Part shown: in pieces, positions 59,548 through 64,000 of the stretch
How positions within the stretch are numbered: the first letter of the stretch is position 1
Layout: every line of letters begins with the position of its first letter
Source of the DNA: a virus
Taxonomy: Duplodnaviria; Caudoviricetes
Virus record (IMG/VR): IMGVR_UViG_3300014656_000022
Location: 1-64,000 of that record
Length of the DNA: 64,000 bases
Direction: 5' to 3' (one strand)
Position numbers and translations under genes: made by a program
Notes under the pieces: generated by a model
Database searches by the model: none
The model's input: the letters and a program-made list of their open reading frames with translations, nothing else
Told to the model about the DNA's origin: nothing

Positions 59548-61368
59548 TTAGGCCTTATTTAGCTCTTCAAGCCACTTGTTGACTTGTGCAGCTTGAACCT
59601 TTGTAGTCTCAAAAGTACACTTGAAAACAACTCTTGATGGTATAGTAATTCTCTCCACCGTTTTAGCAATAGTTGTATCCAGTGTGTCATCTCCGGTTAA
59701 TCTTATCAGGGAATTTAATTTCTGCATAGCTTGATTATCATTAGGTGTACTGTTTGGATCAAAAGGAGCGCCAGAAGGACTTGTCCCTCCAGCTCTTACC
59801 AAAGCATCTAATGCATCTTGGATATCATCTCCGTTTTCTTCGATATGTACATTTCCTTGATCGTCCGTCCAAATAGCAATCCCTTGTTTAGTTGGATAAA
59901 GAGCGGCAAAATCTAATGGTTCTTCGTTACAAGACCGCTTGCCTCTAATTAACTCTATGATAGCTGCTATCATCTCAATTAATTTAATGATTTCAAGCTT
60001 CTTAAACATTTTACTCATAGCAATGTCAGTGGCTCCAGTAAGAGACTTGAGAAGCTTTTGAAGCTCTCCTCCGAGATCCTGGACGAGTTGTTCTATGATA
60101 TCTATTGCTTCTTTAATATATCCAAGAAGAGCAGTAAAGATACTTCGGATATATCCCTTGAACTTAGCTATAGTAGCTCTAGCTTTCTGAATCTCGGTAT
60201 AAGATTGCTCTTTTTGAGCTTCTTTAACACCATCTCTTGCTGTATTCAGTCTCTTGTTATATTCAGCTTTTTGAGCTTCATCTGTAAGATCATAGTTCTT
60301 CCTATCAGCTTTGACACTAGCCAAATTAGCCTTAGCCTCATCTACAGCTTCTTGTTCCATTTTGTTGACTTGGTGGAATGGGTTAATATCTACGGTCCCG
60401 CCCCAAGAAAGATCTGGTCTCTCCCATTCACCTATAGTTATATCTTTACCAGCTTCATGAGAAGCCATTTTGGTCTGAGGAATGCCATAGAGAGAAGCGT
60501 CAGGAGTCATATGAGTTCTACCTTTGACTCCTTTAATAGTTAACTCACTTTTCTTATTTCCTACTCCTCCTTTGGGACCAATACTTACATTTGCTGGAGG
60601 AGATTGAAATAGATCGCTATAGTCCAATTTGTCTAAAAAGGCAACCATTGCATCAATTGCGCATTGCATTGGTCTAACGATGAGCATTGCGTATTGAGTA
60701 AGAGTATTTAGAACTGATTGAAGAAATGGTGTCATTAATGGAGCTATGAGATTGAGAATCATTCCGAAACTACTACTCAACTCTATAGCTAGCTTAGCTA
60801 GGACAGCCATTAGAGAGGCAATCATTCTCTGTAAATCAGGAATACAAAAAAAGTCTGTGAAAAACTGTTGGAGTTTACAGATATCTGCTACTGCATTATC
60901 TAGATTAAAGAAGTCTTGGAGACCTAGAAGTTGGTTCAGCATACTCTCATATGTTTTGCCAACTCTTTCCCAATGCTCTCTCATCTCATCCCACATTTTA
61001 GTCCAATAAGCTTCAGCCGAATCAAATCTAAATTCGCAAGGAAAACATTCTTTCATCCTTTTTGCAAGTAGGTCTGCTACTGGGTCACCAACATAATGAT
61101 ATTCTGGAGCAGGATATCCTCCCAAAGAGTCATACGGTTCACCACCTTCTGCAGCAAGAGCTTGACCACGAGTAGAAAACTTTCCTGTCTTAATAGCCTC
61201 ACCCTTATCTACTTGATCAATAAAGGCTTGAGAAACGATCCTCATATTATTCAAAATTGGTGTCATCAGGGCAAAGACACTCTCGTCTGTGACACAATAA
61301 TGAGCCGCTCTCTCAAACTTCTTGGTAATAGTGAAACAATCTTGTGTATGAATGATAGGGAAAGCCAT
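59548..61368 (-). CDS. Hypothetical protein (606 aa), largely helical
   Basis: Long coupled ORF between terminase and portal; CFPC and scattered Cys; no family recognised. Confidence 0.7.
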   Translation of the reverse strand: MAFPIIHTQDCFTITKKFERAAHYCVTDESVFALMTPILNNMRIVSQAFIDQVDKGEAIKTGKFSTRGQALAAEGGEPYDSLGGYPAPEYHYVGDPVADLLAKRMKECFPCEFRFDSAEAYWTKMWDEMREHWERVGKTYESMLNQLLGLQDFFNLDNAVADICKLQQFFTDFFCIPDLQRMIASLMAVLAKLAIELSSSFGMILNLIAPLMTPFLQSVLNTLTQYAMLIVRPMQCAIDAMVAFLDKLDYSDLFQSPPANVSIGPKGGVGNKKSELTIKGVKGRTHMTPDASLYGIPQTKMASHEAGKDITIGEWERPDLSWGGTVDINPFHQVNKMEQEAVDEAKANLASVKADRKNYDLTDEAQKAEYNKRLNTARDGVKEAQKEQSYTEIQKARATIAKFKGYIRSIFTALLGYIKEAIDIIEQLVQDLGGELQKLLKSLTGATDIAMSKMFKKLEIIKLIEMIAAIIELIRGKRSCNEEPLDFAALYPTKQGIAIWTDDQGNVHIEENGDDIQDALDALVRAGGTSPSGAPFDPNSTPNDNQAMQKLNSLIRLTGDDTLDTTIAKTVERITIPSRVVFKCTFETTKVQAAQVNKWLEELNKA

Positions 61369-62195
61369 TACTGTTCCTTCTCTCGCTCGGAAGTAGCCTT
61401 AGCTGCATTAACGTTCTGTGGAACCTGAGGTGGAGCAATAGTAAGATACTTAGGTGGTCTTTCTCCAAGAACAGGAGTCCCAGTAGCAGTAATATCAGCA
61501 ATCTTGAATCCCTCTGGAAGAGGAATAATTTCATCTGGAACAGCTGACATTGCGATTCCAACAATACCACCTATTGATGAAATTCCAGGCTTAATAAAGT
61601 TTTTCCAAATAAAGTTAACTAGAATCTTAATTAGAACATCTTGTAACTCAAGTATATTAATTGGCTCAATCAAGGTCCCTCTCTTATCTAACTCTGGACG
61701 AAGACCACCATCTCTAGCAGCAGCTGTTCCATACCCTCCTAGTCCAGCTGTTACCTTAGATTCTGAGAGCTTAGAATCTAGTCTAGCTTTCTTAATCTCT
61801 TCATCGTCTATGAGAACTTGTCTCCCAATAGATTCTCCTTTGAGTCTCTGGTTCTCCTTACAAGCTTTGTATTGCTCATATGTAATCTTAGTTGGGTCAG
61901 CGGTTGGATAGACCCTTTTCATTGCGGTAATTGCGTCGGCATCTACACTCGGATTGAGAGAAATAATCATTCCTTCTGCTCTCAAATCAGCCTTAGCTTG
62001 TGTAGCAGCTGCTAATAGATTTACAGCCTGTGCAAGCTTTTTAACTTTATCTAAATCATTCTCTATTTCTTCCAGGGTTGTCCCTGGAACGGAAAGAGGA
62101 GTAATGAGTCCGGGCTCTACAGCAGGAGGAAATCTCTGGATATTAGGTCTAAACTCAAGGATATCCCTGCTATCTTCATCAATGTATCTAGTCAT
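61368..62195 (-). CDS. Hypothetical protein (275 aa)
   Basis: Coupled ORF (TAATG overlaps at both ends); hydrophobic segment near C-terminus. Confidence 0.7.
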   Translation of the reverse strand: MTRYIDEDSRDILEFRPNIQRFPPAVEPGLITPLSVPGTTLEEIENDLDKVKKLAQAVNLLAAATQAKADLRAEGMIISLNPSVDADAITAMKRVYPTADPTKITYEQYKACKENQRLKGESIGRQVLIDDEEIKKARLDSKLSESKVTAGLGGYGTAAARDGGLRPELDKRGTLIEPINILELQDVLIKILVNFIWKNFIKPGISSIGGIVGIAMSAVPDEIIPLPEGFKIADITATGTPVLGERPPKYLTIAPPQVPQNVNAAKATSEREKEQ

Positions 62196-62614
62196 TAGCC
62201 CTCTGTAAATGCAATACGAAGCTTCATATTCTGGAAGGACTTAACCTCCGAATGAGAAGGAACTTGCACTCGCACCCAAAAGGGAAGATAAGTACTACTG
62301 TCAGCTAAATCAGATAGAGATATAGAAGCCCCTGCAGTAACAGTAGTCCACTGAGCTGCAATCGGTTGGGTATCCCCAACATAGAGTTTCCAGCTATATC
62401 CATTGCTACCATCGACAATCTCGTCTCCTCCATCGATTGGCTGAACAGTTATATTGGTATACGACCTAACAGGATCATCATTTCTGATATAGTATTTCTT
62501 TTCAACTATCCCGCCAAAAGTTCCATCAACTGCAACAGCAAGTGGATTTGAAAAGGTTCCGTCAATACTAAAAGACGAACCAGGAGTAGTAGATTCATAG
62601 ATAGCAAGTGCCAT
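62195..62614 (-). CDS. Small beta-rich hypothetical/virion protein (139 aa)
   Basis: AGGAG SD; YLPFWVRVQVP Ig-like ending. Confidence 0.65.
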   Translation of the reverse strand: MALAIYESTTPGSSFSIDGTFSNPLAVAVDGTFGGIVEKKYYIRNDDPVRSYTNITVQPIDGGDEIVDGSNGYSWKLYVGDTQPIAAQWTTVTAGASISLSDLADSSTYLPFWVRVQVPSHSEVKSFQNMKLRIAFTEG

Positions 62615-62622
62615 AAGAACTC

Positions 62623-64000
62623 CTAAATATTCTTTCTCTGTGGTTTCTTTATCCTAGGTCTCAGTCCAAACTTCATTTGAGCATCTCTTTCAGCTTGAGC
62701 AAGAGACCTAATTTTTGGTCTGGGCTGGTCATGTCCAAATCCAGGCCAATACCATAACCCAACCGAAGTTTCTCTGACAAGATGAGCACCAGGCATCTCC
62801 TGGTTGACACCCAACAAAGAAGTCTTCTCTATTCCAACCGTTCTACTCATTTCTGGCTTTGAGTTTGGTTTCTGTCTTTCATCTGATTTCATAGTTAAAG
62901 ATATGTCCTGATCAGGAAGTGATTTCTCACCAAATTGACCAGAGAAAGCTATATCAGCAGAATACTTCGGTTTTCCAAATGGTGTCAACTCCATAGTGAA
63001 AGCAACTACTGAAAGCATGAGCCCGTCAAGTGTATGATCTCCAATAGATTCATCTAGTGCTCCATATACAGGTACTCCTGCTGTAGTTTTCCTTTGAATA
63101 ATGTATCCAGATAGTTGTCTCTCTAACTCTTCATCTGAATCAGAGAACTTAATATCTCCTGATTCAAACCTTCTAACAGTGCTTTCTACTAACCAAGCTT
63201 TTGCTGGTTTCTTTATTGGTTGCTTAGTAAATAAATCTCTTGTTTCTATTGTTCCACCAAACTCATATTTATGAACAATATCTTTCAATCTTGCATCAGG
63301 ATGGTTCCTTCCTTTATTTCCATCAGCAGCACTATCATATCCATATTTACGAAGGACTTCCCATTGTGTCGATCCATATCCTGAGTCGATATAGATAGCA
63401 ATAGGTCTCCAAATCCTGTTTAGTTCAGCTATCTTTTGACAAGCAGCTAACTGAGTCCACCCTACCTTAGAAACAATACATCTGTCTACTACTTGAAAGA
63501 TATTTCTAACAGGATTAAATCCAAGAACAACTATTGATGTGCCAATCTTAGTATCATTCCAGTCAACCCCAATAGTATATTTCCATCCTTGGGTGTAAGG
63601 GATACTTCCATATCTATAAGGAGACTTTGCGTGTTGGATATAGGCATTCTGGAATACACCTTGTTCTTGTTCACCAAATTCTGCTAGAGCCTCATGGATG
63701 TATCCAAGCTCTGTAAGTTGCTCCTTATACATCTGTTCCATTTCTGTATTCCACATTGGGTTAACAGATGAGGGGAAATAAAACTCTTTCCACAATGTAG
63801 AGAAACAAGTCTGAAAGAACTTCTCCCGCTTTCCAGAAGGAGTAGAACTCATCCAAACAGATGCATTCGGGTAGTTTGTAATGATTGATAGGGCCGCATC
63901 CATATCTGCAACCGCTAGATAATCTGCTTCGTCAAATACTAAGAGGTCAGCATGTTGTCCGCGAACAGCAGCAGCATTTCCACCAGATTTGGTTCCTGCA
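62623..64000 (-). CDS. terL: Terminase large subunit (5'-truncated by window edge)
   Basis: Frame stays open past the track's ATG to the edge: ...AVRGQHADLLVFDEADYL (Walker B), MSSTPSG (motif III), IGVDWN and DHTLDGL nuclease aspartates. Confidence 0.95.
   Translation of the reverse strand, partial: AGTKSGGNAAAVRGQHADLLVFDEADYLAVADMDAALSIITNYPNASVWMSSTPSGKREKFFQTCFSTLWKEFYFPSSVNPMWNTEMEQMYKEQLTELGYIHEALAEFGEQEQGVFQNAYIQHAKSPYRYGSIPYTQGWKYTIGVDWNDTKIGTSIVVLGFNPVRNIFQVVDRCIVSKVGWTQLAACQKIAELNRIWRPIAIYIDSGYGSTQWEVLRKYGYDSAADGNKGRNHPDARLKDIVHKYEFGGTIETRDLFTKQPIKKPAKAWLVESTVRRFESGDIKFSDSDEELERQLSGYIIQRKTTAGVPVYGALDESIGDHTLDGLMLSVVAFTMELTPFGKPKYSADIAFSGQFGEKSLPDQDISLTMKSDERQKPNSKPEMSRTVGIEKTSLLGVNQEMPGAHLVRETSVGLWYWPGFGHDQPRPKIRSLAQAERDAQMKFGLRPRIKKPQRKNI

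Larger units (their letters stand above)
1..64000 (-). mobile_element. Segment of a large myovirus-type bacteriophage genome (virion morphogenesis operon)
   Basis: Co-oriented terminase, portal, protease, capsid, sheath, tube, baseplate and fibre genes in head-to-tail order; no host genes or integration signals in the window. Confidence 0.95.

Noticed and set aside
1-64000. Stop-codon reassignment, as in some large phages
   Set aside because: Genes up to 6 kb are open in the standard code, and TAA, TAG and TGA all end genes at sensible boundaries.
1-64000. tRNA genes, CRISPR arrays, DGR or integrase
   Set aside because: No intergenic space for them, no regularly spaced repeats, no reverse transcriptase or recombinase motifs.
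1-64000. Apparent abundance of CTAG-containing palindromes
   Set aside because: Visual impression only, also present in inteins; needs tetranucleotide observed/expected counts before any claim.

Overview
The window is a 64-kb, gene-dense stretch of a large tailed (contractile-tail, myovirus-type) bacteriophage genome. Every supported gene lies on the minus strand, and most are translationally coupled. Read from the right end (transcription direction), it is a morphogenesis operon: terminase large subunit (cut by the window edge), three unknown genes, portal, prohead protease/scaffold, putative head decoration protein, major capsid protein, neck/tail-completion genes, tail sheath, three tail-tube-fold paralogues, two tail chaperones, two giant ejection/tape-measure-like proteins, a 1997-aa hub carrying an M23 peptidase, spike/gp25/baseplate-J/wedge genes, fibres and a lectin-type receptor-binding protein. 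Three features stand out. (1) The 1479-aa ORF 30954..35393, inside the tail module, carries motifs of both double-psi beta-barrels of a two-barrel RNA polymerase (beta-like D501/K596/R602; beta'-like R1027 and D1082-Y-D-A-D1086) between hydrophobic termini, suggesting a single-chain, virion-delivered RNA polymerase. (2) Three LAGLIDADG inteins sit in virion-morphogenesis proteins (portal, a tube paralogue, the tape-measure-like protein). (3) A GIY-YIG homing endonuclease appears to have split a receptor-binding-protein gene in mid-motif into two separately translated ORFs. No tRNA, rRNA or CRISPR array was seen. All calls come from motifs read by eye and gene order; no database search was run.
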